From: Mobula hypostoma
Taxonomy: Eukaryota
NCBI RefSeq assembly: GCF_963921235.1
Contig: NC_086116.1
Span: 57,660,001-57,724,000, forward strand
Direction of reading: 5' to 3'
Length of the DNA: 64,000 bases
Position numbers and translations under genes: made by a program. Below the pieces are notes generated by a model. The model was not told the DNA's origin and did no database searches. It saw only the letters and a program-made list of their open reading frames with translations. Positions 25,381-36,686 of the stretch are shown here, piece after piece (position 1 is the stretch's first letter; every line of letters starts with the position of its first letter).

Positions 25381-26820
25381 AGTCATATAGCACAGAACAG
25401 GCCATTCTGCACAGCTCGTCCATGCCGACCAAAATGGCCAACTGCCCTGGTCCCAGTTCTCAGCGTTAAACCCATAAACATACAACTTTTCCTACCCATG
25501 CGTCTGTCCAAATGTCTTTTCAAGTGCCGTAGTTGTACCTGTCTACCACTTCCTCTGGCAACTGGTCCACGCAGAGTAAAAAAGTTGCCCCTGGAATCAC
25601 TTTAAAATCTTTCCTTCTCACTTTAACCTCTCGTGCTAGACACCCCCCCCCCCTTACCCCTGGGGCAAAACTTTTGCCTCATGATTTTATGAACCTCTGT
25701 TATCTATCCCTCAGCCTCTACCGTCCAAGGGGAAAAGTCCCAGACTATCCAATCTCTCCTTATAAATTAAACCTAGTCCCAGTAACATTCTTGTGAATCT
25801 TTTCTCACCTTTTCCAGTTTAATGACACCCATGCTATAGCAATGTAACCAGTTCTACCCACGAAATACGGTACACAACTTGGAAAGGTCGCTCACCTGAA
25901 ATGTTTCTGCCTTCAAGAATATCACCCAGTGTTTCCCCACACCACGAGTGGGTTTATTTCAGGTTTTCTGCTGCTGCATTATTTTATTTTTGTTTTAGGA
26001 ATTTTTTTTCACCTTGTATATCTCATCCACCTAGATCTCCTGGACACTGGTGATCTTGCCTTAGGTTCCCTGTTAGCTTGGGTCAGCTAGCAATTAGTTC
26101 AGTTCTGAAATGGATCGATGTTGCTAGCCAAAGACTTTGAGGGAAGTAAGTCAATGCAGGAGGATGGAACTGAGGAGGCTTCTTCATGCACAATTGAGTG
26201 GCCTTCTCATGTATTAGGAACATGGAAGCAAGGCAAGAGCACGGAGTCTTTGAAGCTGGTTCTTCCACCGTTCAGGAATCCATGGGGGATGAAGGGGGTG
26301 GTGTTCTAAAAGGGTTCAAACTGAACATGTCCATGGGGAATGAAGGGATGGTGTTCTAAATGGTGTCAAAATGAACTTGTCCGTAGGGGATGAAGGGGGT
26401 GGTGTTCTAAAAGTTAGAAGAGAGGAGGAGTTCCAGAGAGAGTGACGGTGAGCTGCTGCAAGTTCCACAGATGATCAGATCACTGCAAGGGAAAGTTTGG
26501 AGGTGGTTGCACAGATTAGGGCTGAGGCAATACAAACGTGACTTAAATCTGAGGCTGGGGTTTTGGATAAGTGTCCATTACAGGTTCATGAGGGGCAGTG
26601 GGAGCTTGGTGTGTGGAACATGGTTTGGTCACAGGTATTTGTACATTTACAGCTCCTGTCCATAGCGTCACTGGAATAACAGGGTCTGACAGTGGCAAAG
26701 ATCAGGAGAAGGATTAAGGCAGAAGATGGGCTGAACTGGGGGATACAATGGAAGTTGTTTTGGTGATAGAGATTAATTGACTGCAGTGACAGAGACTGTT
26801 CAATTACTGTTTCTCTCCAG

Positions 26821-26879
26821 GAGATGATTGCCCCCGATTGGGACTAGGAGGATACTGTGATTCAAACGTTTTTATAATG
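26821..26879 (+). other. SMKR1: Candidate small SMKR1 exon ending in the initiator ATG (26877-26879)
   Basis: Strong acceptor ttactgtttctctccag|, exon ends ataATG|gtacag, phase 0 into 27562; unverified. Confidence 0.35.
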
Positions 26880-27561
26880 GTACAGTATTAAATAAATTCT
26901 TCTTAAAGGACATTTATACTTAAAAGATGGAAAATATTCACCATCCATAACATGCCCATTAAGTCCTGTGCTTCTGAATAAGGCAAAAAAAAACTCTAAA
27001 GATATAACCACCTCCTTTGTTGACCAGTGATAGTTGTGTAACACTCATTTACTGACAGTCTTGACCCTCCACTCTCTTTTCCCCAGATCCCCAGTAGTGA
27101 GAATCCATAGATTCTGATGCCACCTTATGCTGGCAGTGCCTTGGATAAATCACCTTATCTGCGCCTCTCATGCTTTCATGAACCTCTGTTAGGTATCCCT
27201 CACCTCTACCCTCCAGGAAACAAAAGTCCCAGACCATCCAATCTCTCCTTACAGGTCAAACCTTCTAGTCCCAGTAACATCCCTCTGAATCTTTTCTTAC
27301 CCTTCCCAGTTTAATGACACCCATCCTATAGCACGGTAGCCAGAACTGTCCACTGTTCTGCCCACAAAGTGCCGTACAGAACTTGGAAAACCACCCTGTG
27401 AGGCATGGTTGGACAACAACCAAGGACGTTAACAGATCTCCATCAGCTCCAAGTTTCTATTGGGCTTGTGGTAGTGGTGGTGGGGGTAGGAGGGACACAG
27501 GACCTTCCATTGTGTGCAGCCATTCGGTGCAATAAACCAAGTGGCCTGCTTTTTGTTGCAG

Positions 27562-27804
27562 CCTGCCAAAGGCAGCAAGCCCAAGACACAGAGCACAGGT
27601 GCCAAGAAGAAAGGTGGCAAGAAGGGTGGAGGTGGCAAGAAGAAGAAGAAGAAGGAGAAAGCTTCCAAAGCCCAGGTGGAAGTGGATATTCTGAGTCCTG
27701 CAGCCATGTTCAACCTGTACTACATCGCACACAATGTGCCCTCCGCCCTTGCCTATCGAGGTTTCCCCTGGCCAGGAAGACCCAAAAAGAAGGGAAGGAA
27801 ATAA
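27562..27804 (+). CDS. SMKR1: Small lysine-rich protein 1, main coding exon (PAKGSK...[20 protein letters not shown]...GFPWPG...KKKGRK*)
   Basis: ttgttgcag| acceptor; signature [19 protein letters not shown]; AATAAA just downstream; follows STRIP2 as in human. Confidence 0.93.
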   Translation, partial: PAKGSKPKTQSTGAKKKGGKKGGGGKKKKKKEKASKAQVEVDILSPAAMFNLYYIAHNVPSALAYRGFPWPGRPKKKGRK

Positions 27805-28098
27805 ACTGATTAAATAAGGAACTATAAAGAGAAATAAACATCCAATATTCTAACATAAGATAATGCATAGTGAAAATCTTTATTTCCCAAACTGATTACT
27901 GGTATTTTTTACTCCAGTTTCCCTTGTCACACCCCATCCCACTGTCACTATGAGGCACGCCAAGAACTGAGAGCTGCCTGATATCAATGTAGAAATGCTG
28001 GAGAAAGTCTGAGGTTGTGGGCAGGATAAAAAGAGATGGAAAACTGTTGGCAGTAGTGTGTTGTACTGTCACTGTTCTGTTCAAGAACTCACTATTTA

Positions 28099-29412
28099 CT
28101 GACTCTCACAGCTATCTGGACTATTCCTCTTCTCACCCTGTCTCTTGCAAAAACGCCATCCCCTTCTCGCAATTCCTACGTCTCCGCCGCATCTGCTCTC
28201 AGGATGAGGCTTTTCATTCTAGGACGAGGGAGATGTCTTCATTTTTTAAAGAAAGGGGCTTCCCTTCCTCCACTATCAACTCTGCTCTTAAACGCATCTC
28301 CCCCATTTCACGTACATCTGCTCTCACTCCATCCTCCCACCACCCCACTAGGAATAGGGTTCCCCTGGTCCTCACCTACCACCCCACCAGCCTCCGGGTC
28401 CAACATATTATTCTCCGTAACTTCCGCCACCTCCAACGGGATCCCACCACTAAGCACATCTTTCCCTCCCCCCTCTCTCTGCATTCCGCAGGGATCGCTC
28501 CCTACACATACTCCCTTGTCCATTCGTCCCCCCCATCCCTCCCCACTGATCTCCCTCCTGGCACTTATCCGTGTAAGCAGAACAAGTGCTACACATGCCC
28601 TTACACTTCCTCCCTTACCACCATTCAGGGCCCCAAACAGTCCTTCCAGGTAAGGCATCACTTCACATGTGAGTCGGCTGGGGCGATATACTGCGTCCGG
28701 TGCTCCCGATGTGGCCTTTTATATATTGGTGAGACCCGACGCAGACTGGGAGACCGCTTTGCTGAACATCTACGCTCTGTCCGCCAGAGAAAGCAGGATC
28801 TCCCAGTGGCCACACATTTTAATTCCACATCCCATTCCCATTCTGACATGTCTATCCACGGCCTCCTCTACTGTAAAGATGAAGCCACACTCAGGTTGGA
28901 GGAACAACACCTTATATTCCGTCTGGGTAGCCTCCAACCTGATGGCATGAACATTGACTTCTCTAACTTCCGCTAAGGCCCCACCTCCCCCTCGTACCCC
29001 ATCTGTTACTCATTTTTATGCACACATTCTTTCTCTCACTCTCCTTTTTCTCCCTCTGTCTCCCTCTGTCCCTCTGAATATACCTCTTGCCCATCCTCTG
29101 GGTCACCCCCCCCCCTTGTCTTTCTTCCCGGACCTCCTGTCCCATGATCCTCTCGTATCCCTTTTGCCAATCACCTGTCCAGCTCTCGGCTCTATCCCTC
29201 CCCCTCCTGTCTTCTCCTATCATTTTGCATCTCCCCCTCCCCCTCCAGCTTTCAAATCCCTTACTCACTCTTCCTTCAGTTAGTCCTGACGAAGGGTCTC
29301 GGCCTGAAACGTCGACTGCGCCTCTTCCTATAGATGCTGCTTGGCCTGCTGCGTTCACCAGCAACTTTGATGTGTGTTGCTTGAATTTCCAGCATCTGCA
29401 GAATTCCTGTTG
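28099..29412 (+). mobile_element. Penelope-like retroelement, 5'-truncated (post-RT region, GIY-YIG endonuclease, pLTR)
   Basis: ORF to 28976 with SHP..CKNAIPFSQFLRLRRICS and AIYCVRCSRCGLLYIGET; pyrimidine-rich tail; 11-bp TSD CTCACTATTTA at 28088-28098 and 29413-29423. Confidence 0.93.
29281..29318 (+). ncRNA. Minimal type I hammerhead ribozyme of the PLE pLTR
   Basis: AGTC-CTGACGA-A-GGG-TCTCGG-CCT-GAA-ACGT-C/GACT: stem I AGTC/GACT, core CUGAnGA and GAAA, palindromic ACGU stem III, GUC cleavage triplet ending at 29313. Confidence 0.8.
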
Positions 29413-30062
29413 CTCACTATTTAATTGTACACTTACTACTGAGCCAGTTGTGAGAAAGGATTCCTGCTCCAACCAGGCAACTAAAGGAACAGATGCCAGC
29501 TGGATTTGCAAAGTGACATGAAGCAAACTGAAGAACTGTAGAATATTCCTCATAATCTAACCCGCATTCATTGTTCAGCTCATAGCACTTCAGAAAGGAG
29601 AAGTAATCATTTGTGCATTTTCCTGCATTAGAGCAATTACTGCATTGCCAAATAGTTCATTGCCTGTAAAATATTTTGGGATGCCTGGAGGACATGAAAG
29701 TTGAAGGGTACAGACTTCTGTTTCTTCTATTCAAGATGGTTGATGCAATGCAATGTGTTGACTTGCTGATTTCCTCTGGCATTTTTGTGTGTTGCTCAAG
29801 ATTTACAGCATCTGTAGAATCTCGTGTTTGTGACACAATGCAAAGTCAGTTGTAGAAGGACTTTGCCAAAGGCAGTAATCATTGTTTTTATCGTGATCCA
29901 ATGGTATCTAACAGGAAAAGGTCACCAAACACATCTGGGTTTGGTTTGGACTAGCAATGACCTAATGAATAGAAGAACTGGTCTGAGAAGTTGGATGGCC
30001 TTGAGTTCCTCATCCTAATACAACACACCCTTTTATGTAAAATGTGATCTGCGTAACTAAAT

Positions 30063-30490
30063 GACTTCCAAGAGGACCACAACCTTGTTGTGGTTTTGAG
30101 GCTTGCGTGCCTCAGTGACCTGGAGAGCTACTTTGGCTGGAGTCAGGGCTTTATGCTTTCTGTCTTGGTGGGGGTCACCCATGCCAAACAGGTCAAAGGG
30201 TAAAGGCCTGACTGGGGAGCTCCACCAGTTCTCCAGGTTCAGGGGTTCAGCTCAGGACTAACCACCCTGACCGATAAAACAAAATTGTTACAGAAACAGC
30301 AACGAAAACTCCTTCAAACATTCGAATGCTGGGATATTCCTGAGTCTCCACCCAAGACTGATAATAATGAAAACTGAGAGGAAGCTACTGACATGATGAA
30401 GGAAACCCTGAACACTGACAGACCCCGAGATGGAGGATGTTCATTGCTGCCCTAAATGCCAACAGTATAACAGTCAGTAAGTAAGTAAGG
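30063..30490 (+). mobile_element. Bipartite RTE-derived non-autonomous element with (TAAG)n tail
   Basis: RTE/Expander-like 5' end fused to an RTE-like 3' end; paralog at 35572-35995. Confidence 0.7.
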
Positions 30491-30825
30491 TAACTAAACG
30501 TGGTGAGGATGACCCATTGCTCTTGGTAGGTGCTTCTCTCATCCGAAAAGCAGTGACTGCTGGGAAAGTGAGAGGAGAGGAACAGGAGATTCTGCAAACA
30601 CTGGACATTCCCCTTCATAGTTGCTGACTGACCTGGTGGGTGGCGGGGGAGGGAGGGGGTGTGTGCGTTTTGCCCTGGATTTCCAGCATCTGCAGAATCT
30701 CTAGTGTTTTTTTAAAGTGTTACACCTTCAGCCCTTAGTTCCTTTTCTGTAATTAAAATCCACATCTCACACAGAACACGCTGAATTCCAAGTATTAGCA
30801 AGTTTAATCCCTTTCTGGTCTTTGT

Positions 30826-30831
30826 TTTATT
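30826..30831 (-). terminator. Probable polyadenylation signal of the CPA gene
   Basis: AATAAA on the minus strand about 170 nt after the stop codon. Confidence 0.55.
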
Positions 30832-30999
30832 GAAATAGATCTTGTTACATTCCATGACAGAAGTACACATGATACCAGAAGCAACACAGAAGGCTCAGAT
30901 TATTTGGTTGACGGAATAAGTAACCATTGTGGGCCAAAATTGAGCCCCGATCTGAACTCTGCTTCACCCTGTGTGTTTTGGTACCAGTTGGTTGCAAAG

Positions 31000-31184
31000 T
31001 CAAGAGTGGTCGGCAACATGCTGCATGATTGTCTGCATTGCCCTCCAGGTCTCCTGGGCAGTTGGAATTATCTCTCGGGATGGCAGCATGAAACCATATC
31101 TACCTTGGTCACGCAATTCAAAGGCAAATGAGTACTTGATGCCCTGGTTGTAAGTCCAGTCAATGCTACCTCCACTAGCCTGAT
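31000..31184 (-). CDS. CPA2: CPA exon 11 ([26 protein letters not shown]...QHVADHS*)
   Basis: Glu270 FELRD motif; TGA at 31002-31000. Confidence 0.96.
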
Positions 31185-32953
31185 CTGAAAAGGAAGAGAA
31201 AGAAACATTTCAGGCTCTGAGTGTTTTAATATTTATCTTTATAAATCAAAGAATAGACTTGCATTAATTTAGTGCCCTAGGGTGATCCAAGGTGCTTTTC
31301 AGTCCAATGATGTACTTTTACATGGTCATAAAGTACGAAGGGCAGCAAATTTCTGCAAATATCAACATAACAATGGCCAAGTAATCTGTTTTAACAATGT
31401 TAGTTGAGGATTAACCATTAGACAGAATGGGAGATCTTCGCTGTCATAGGACCTTTTGTGTCTACCTAAGATAATTAATGCCAGTTCATTTTTTTAAATC
31501 CACTATTACCCTGGGAGTATTGATAAAATCCTCAGAGTGGTCCTTGAACTCACAATAGAAACCACCTGATAATGGTGGGGTTCTTCCATCTCTCCTGAGC
31601 TGATTCCTGATGGGACTACAGTCACACATGGATCAACCATCAGCCATGATCTCATTCAGTAATCCATCTTTCTGTCTGAGGTGAGATTGTCAACTGGACA
31701 CAAGGGCCTTGCTGGTGGATATGGTCCTGGCTCAGTCTGATAGTGGAAATCTATTTTACACTGGACACCTCATCCGTCACCAGCCCAGACCAGTCTAGTC
31801 CCATTTCCCAAGTGAAGTCATCCCCATCAGTACAGCAGGCCAATCAGGAAAAGGCATCAATTTAATATTGTTACATTACTTTTGGAATTCCTCCATATTT
31901 TCTCCTCCACTGTTTCTATAATCTCTGACATACCTTCACTCTGCCGGATCCTATGTACTCCCAGTTTGGAACTGGTTTATTTTTGGAATTGGGTTGCTAT
32001 GGTCACACATATCAAGGTACCGCGAAAAGCTTAATTTACATACTGTCCGTACAGATAAGTTCATTACAACAGAGTATTGAGGTAGTGCAAGGTCAAACAG
32101 TAACAGGATGCAGGATAAAGTGTAATAGCTGCAGAGAAAGTGTAGTGCAAATAGACAGCAAGGGACATGATGATAATGTGGTAGATTGTCATGTTAACAG
32201 TTCATCCCTGAACTGTTTAGTGGTCTTATAGCCACAGGGTCAAGGCTGCCTTTGAGCCTGGTGGTACGTGCATTCAGGCTTTTGTATCTTCTGACCGATG
32301 GGCAGAGAAAGTGGAAGGGAAAATATTCATATGCGTTGGGTATTTGGTTATGCCGGCTACTTTTAGTCAGGCTGCAAGAGGTATAGACAGAGTCCATGCA
32401 GAGGAGGCTGGTTTGCATGATGTTCCGAATATAAATTGCTTCTCTTCTACGAGTGGTCATGCTACGAGCTGTCCAGACCCTAAAGTCAGTAATGTTCTCC
32501 AAAAAATCTTCTTGCCTCTTCTCCCTGTGCTCTTCAAACTTTTCACCATCTACCCTAATTTCCACCTACATGGTTTAGGATCAATTACTATTTTGCTTGG
32601 CAATGCTCCTGTGAAATTATATAATATTTTTGCTACATTATGGAAGGTGCGTAGATGGGGTTATTTGTTGTAAACAATAGTTAACTATCTGGATTTCTAT
32701 CAGACTGAGAACATGAAGACCGAGAAGGACACCACATTAACTGAAAGGTCAACTGAAGGAGTAGCCAATCAGGACCGAGGCAAGTGAATGGGGGCCTATA
32801 TAGACATGAGCATTCCCAGAGAGAAACATTGACAACTATGCACTGAGTGATGAAATGTCTGCAGGTTAATTGCCAAACTCAACGAACACTGCAACATCAA
32901 CCCAAATTGCCAGTATTCACTACCATCTTAAATGACCAGATTACTCAACTTAC

Positions 32954-33038
32954 AGATTATATTACAGATGGTTCCAGCCCTGTAAGGTGTTCCATACAGT
33001 GATTTTAAAGACCTGATAGCAGCATTAGCAAGTCCTTC
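32954..33038 (-). CDS. CPA2: CPA exon 10 (EGLANAAIRSLKSLYGTPYRAGTICNII)
   Basis: 85 nt; GT-AG boundaries; SLYGT.Y..G.I motif. Confidence 0.93.
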
Positions 33039-33199
33039 CTGAAACAAAGAATAAACGGAGTCAGAACGAGATCTTACTGCTATAGTCCGTTAAAAAAAAT
33101 CTGGGAATATAATGAAGAAAAGCTGTTCAGCGTTTTCATTTGGCTCCTTCCAGATCAAAAGCCATTAAACTGCTTCCTTCATTCAGATATACCTTATAT

Positions 33200-34060
33200 A
33201 AGACCGCAAGACATAGGAGCAGAATTAGGCCATCCGGCCCATAGAGTCTACTCCGCCAGTCAATCATGGCTGATCCTTTTTTTTTTCTCCTCCCCGGCCT
33301 TCTCCCCATAGCCTTTGATGCCATGTCCAATCAAGAACCTATCAATCTCTGTCTTAAATGCACCCAATGACCTGGCCTCCACAGCTGCCTGTGGTAATAA
33401 ATTCCACAAATTCACCACCCTCTGGCTAAAGAAATTTGTCTGCATCTGTTTTAAATGGACACACCTCCATCCTGAAGCTGTGCCCTCTTGTCCTAGACTT
33501 CCCTACCATGCGAAACAACCTTTCCACATCTACTCTGCCTAGGCCTTTCAACATTTGAAAGGTTTTAATGAGTTCTCTCCCCCCCCCACCCCCGATCCTT
33601 CTGAATTCCAGCGAGTGCAGACCCAGAGCCATCAAATGTTCCTCATATGATAACCCTTTCATTCCCAGAATTATCCTTCTGAACCTCCTCTGAACCCTCT
33701 TTAACGCCAGTATGTCTTTTCTTAGATAAGGAGCCCAAAACCCTTTCATTCCCAGAGTTATCCTTCTGAACCTCCTCCAAACCCTCTTTAACGCCAGCAC
33801 ATCTTTTCTTAGATAAGGAACCCAAAACTGTTCACAATACGCAAGTTGAGACATTGTCTGTGACTCAACCTGAAAGTTAACCTTCAGGGTGTTCTGCACA
33901 AGGACTCCCAAGTCGCTTGGCAGCTCAGGTTTTTGGATTTTCTACCCATTTAGAAAATAGTCTGCACTTTTATTTCTTCTACCAAAGTGCACGACCAGAC
34001 CATACATTTTCCAACATTGTATTTCATTTGCAACTTTCCTGTCCATTCTCCCAATCTGTA
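33200..34060 (-). mobile_element. CR1 LINE 3' fragment with an internal 87-bp tandem duplication (about 33652-33827)
   Basis: ORF2 C-terminal motifs (QFW.PYLRKD..AL.RVQRRF.R, NFFSQRVVNLWN); other CR1 pieces at about 8860-9070, 9500-9740, 20220-20670, 24090-24560, 47480-47810. Confidence 0.85.
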
Positions 34061-35571
34061 TTGAACTGTTCAATCGATTGATATAATCTACCTATTGAAT
34101 TACAGTGGATTAGCAGTTAACACAATGCTTTGCAGTGCCAGTGTTCGGGAGTACTCTGGAGTTATGTGGACAGAGCAGATATCGATTCAATTAAGAGCCA
34201 GTCTTCAGTTAAAAGCAGTAAATTGAAGTTAAAAGCACACCTTCACAAATAAACAATATTGCCTGTTGAGCACAGGCTGACCCACAGACTGAGAAATCTG
34301 GCCTGCATCAATCCAGCAACTATGGGTTTAAGTCATTTGCACCATCATAAACCAGTTCACAGAAGGTTGTAGATGAGACTGATATTATCACTTAGCACAT
34401 CAAACAGTGCTTTGACCATCCCATTGCCATTAATTCTGTACACCTCCATCAAGCTTCAAACCATGTAACATTTAACCTTTTTCTGCTCACTTGAGATATT
34501 ATTATGCTGAGGGGAATGGTCTGCTTGATGGAAATAGCTGGTCTTTATAGAGCAGCAGGAAGATCAATTGTAGAGCCGTTAAAATTTGGGATTGCAACGG
34601 AATAGGGAGTGAAGAGGAAAACAGGGGCCATAAAATGATTGATGTGTGATATTAGTTAGATTTTCACTTTGCATGGTACAGATTTGCCATCAGCAAAACA
34701 GCATTTGTCTATTCAAAGTTTTAAATTATTCCATTTCTTTATGTACCACAAGTACGTATTTTGACCAGATGACTGTATCATACTTGGGTTGCAAAGAATT
34801 ACCACTGTTTAGGTAGGATTGTGCTGAGGGAAGATTTTTGAATCTCCAGTTACTTTCTGTAAGTCCTGGGATTTTGTAGGTAAATGCAGCTGCCAAGATT
34901 TCCACTTTTCAATCCCATGCTGGTGACAGTTGAAAGATTAATGTTAGCCAAGAGTCAGAGCTCCCTGCTTTCCTTCAAAAATGCACCATACGATCTTTCA
35001 AATTTAGCCAACAGTCCTTCAATACAAAGTTCAAAATATTATCAAAGTACATATATGTCACCACATGCAGCTTGAGATTCATTTTCTTGCAGGCATTCAC
35101 AGAAATACAATAGAATTGAAGCATACAAGCAAAGGTGGGTAAAACCAATGTGCAAGAGACAACAAATTGTGCAGATACAAAAAGGGGGAAACTAAATAAA
35201 TAGACAATTAATAATAAATATTGCATACATGATTTGTAAAGTCCCTCCTTGAAAGTGAGTCCATAGGTTGCAGAATTAATTTGGTGTTGGGGTGAGTGAA
35301 GTGATCCACACCAGTTCAGGAGCTTGATGGTTGAGGGCTTCTCAGCATCTCAGCCGAGCAACATCATCCTTGTTACTCCAGTACCACATGAATTTGTACT
35401 CTGCTTAAGTCACTGGAACGGGCCTGAAAACTTTCCGATTCTTCTAACTTAGAGGCAAAGATAGCCCCAAATGAAACTTGATGTCGTGGTCCGTTATTAA
35501 TAAACAGTCCATTTCATAACGTTTAATTTATCTGTGAGGCAGTGAGTCTTTACAGCATCCTCCACTGAAGA

Positions 35572-35995
35572 ACCTCCAGGAAGACCACAACCTTGTCATC
35601 AGGTTTAGAGGCTTGCCTGCCTCAGTGACCCAGAGAGCTATGTTGACGGGAGTCAGGGTTTTATGCTTTGGCTCTTGGTATGGTCACACATGCCAAACAG
35701 GTCAAAGGATAGAGGATAGACTAAGAGTGGTCCACTGGTCCCTTGTGTTCCAGGGTTCAGCTCAGGGCTAACAACCCTGACTGGTCAAACAAAATTGTTA
35801 CGGAAACAGCAACGAAGAATCCTTCTACATCTCAGTGTGATGGTATTCCTGAGTCTCCACATGGGAATTGCATCATTGATTGTAGTGAAAACCAAGAGGA
35901 AGCTACTGACACGATGAAGGAATCCCTGAACGCCACCAGAGATGGAGGGACCTTCATTGCTGCCCTAAATGCCAGCGGGGTAATGGGCAGCAACA
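35572..35995 (+). mobile_element. Bipartite RTE-derived non-autonomous element
   Basis: Paralog of 30063-30490. Confidence 0.7.
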
Positions 35996-36486
35996 AATCA
36001 TTGAAGAAGGTGTTTTGGTAATGCACTAAATAATTGGACATTGCTTATTCCTTTCCCATCCACTCCAACCCTCATAATAATTCAGTAGGCAAAAGCAGCA
36101 AGGAGCAACCTCCAAACAGGTCAGCCAGTGGACTACTGGGTCAATTTGTGGTCAAATTTGAGATGACCATCTCCCACGGTATTGGACCAGAGACACTAAC
36201 ATTGGTTTCTGAATCCCTGGATTGAGAAGGGGAATGTTGAACAGGTCCATTTCACTGCTTGTATCATGTCTCCTACACAAGACAGGACAACATTGTAATA
36301 TATCATTGTATGCTCAGAAGCATTAACTGATGTGCTTAGCCTCACCAAACCAAACCTCTCCCCCTCTGCTGTAAAAAGCAGTGGCTGACTGGAGAATGGA
36401 AATGAAGGAAAGATAAAAATTATGGTTTGGTGAGAAAGAACGACGGGGAATGAAGAATTCATCAATATTTGTAAGGTTTGACTTAC

Positions 36487-36686
36487 CAGCTCCGGGTAAT
36501 CAATGGGTTCCTCACACTTGTACCCAAAGGGGACCATGAGGAGCTGAGAGTAACTGTGAATGGTGATGAAGCTCTTGATGTTTCTGTGGGTCTGCACAAA
36601 GTTCACAATGGCTGCGACCTCAGCTTCAGAGTTGGCATATGGTCCTCGGTATGTTTCCCTGCACGGATTGCTGCTGGTTCCAGGAC
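36487..36686 (-). CDS. CPA2: CPA exon 9 ([15 protein letters not shown]...[16 protein letters not shown]...YPEL)
   Basis: His196 motif; 200 nt; GT-AG boundaries. Confidence 0.96.

Noticed and set aside
28017-28976. Domesticated GIY-YIG nuclease gene
   Set aside because: The frame starts at a non-ATG codon in flanking DNA, the element is 5'-truncated with a perfect TSD, and it contains a locally frameshifted segment.
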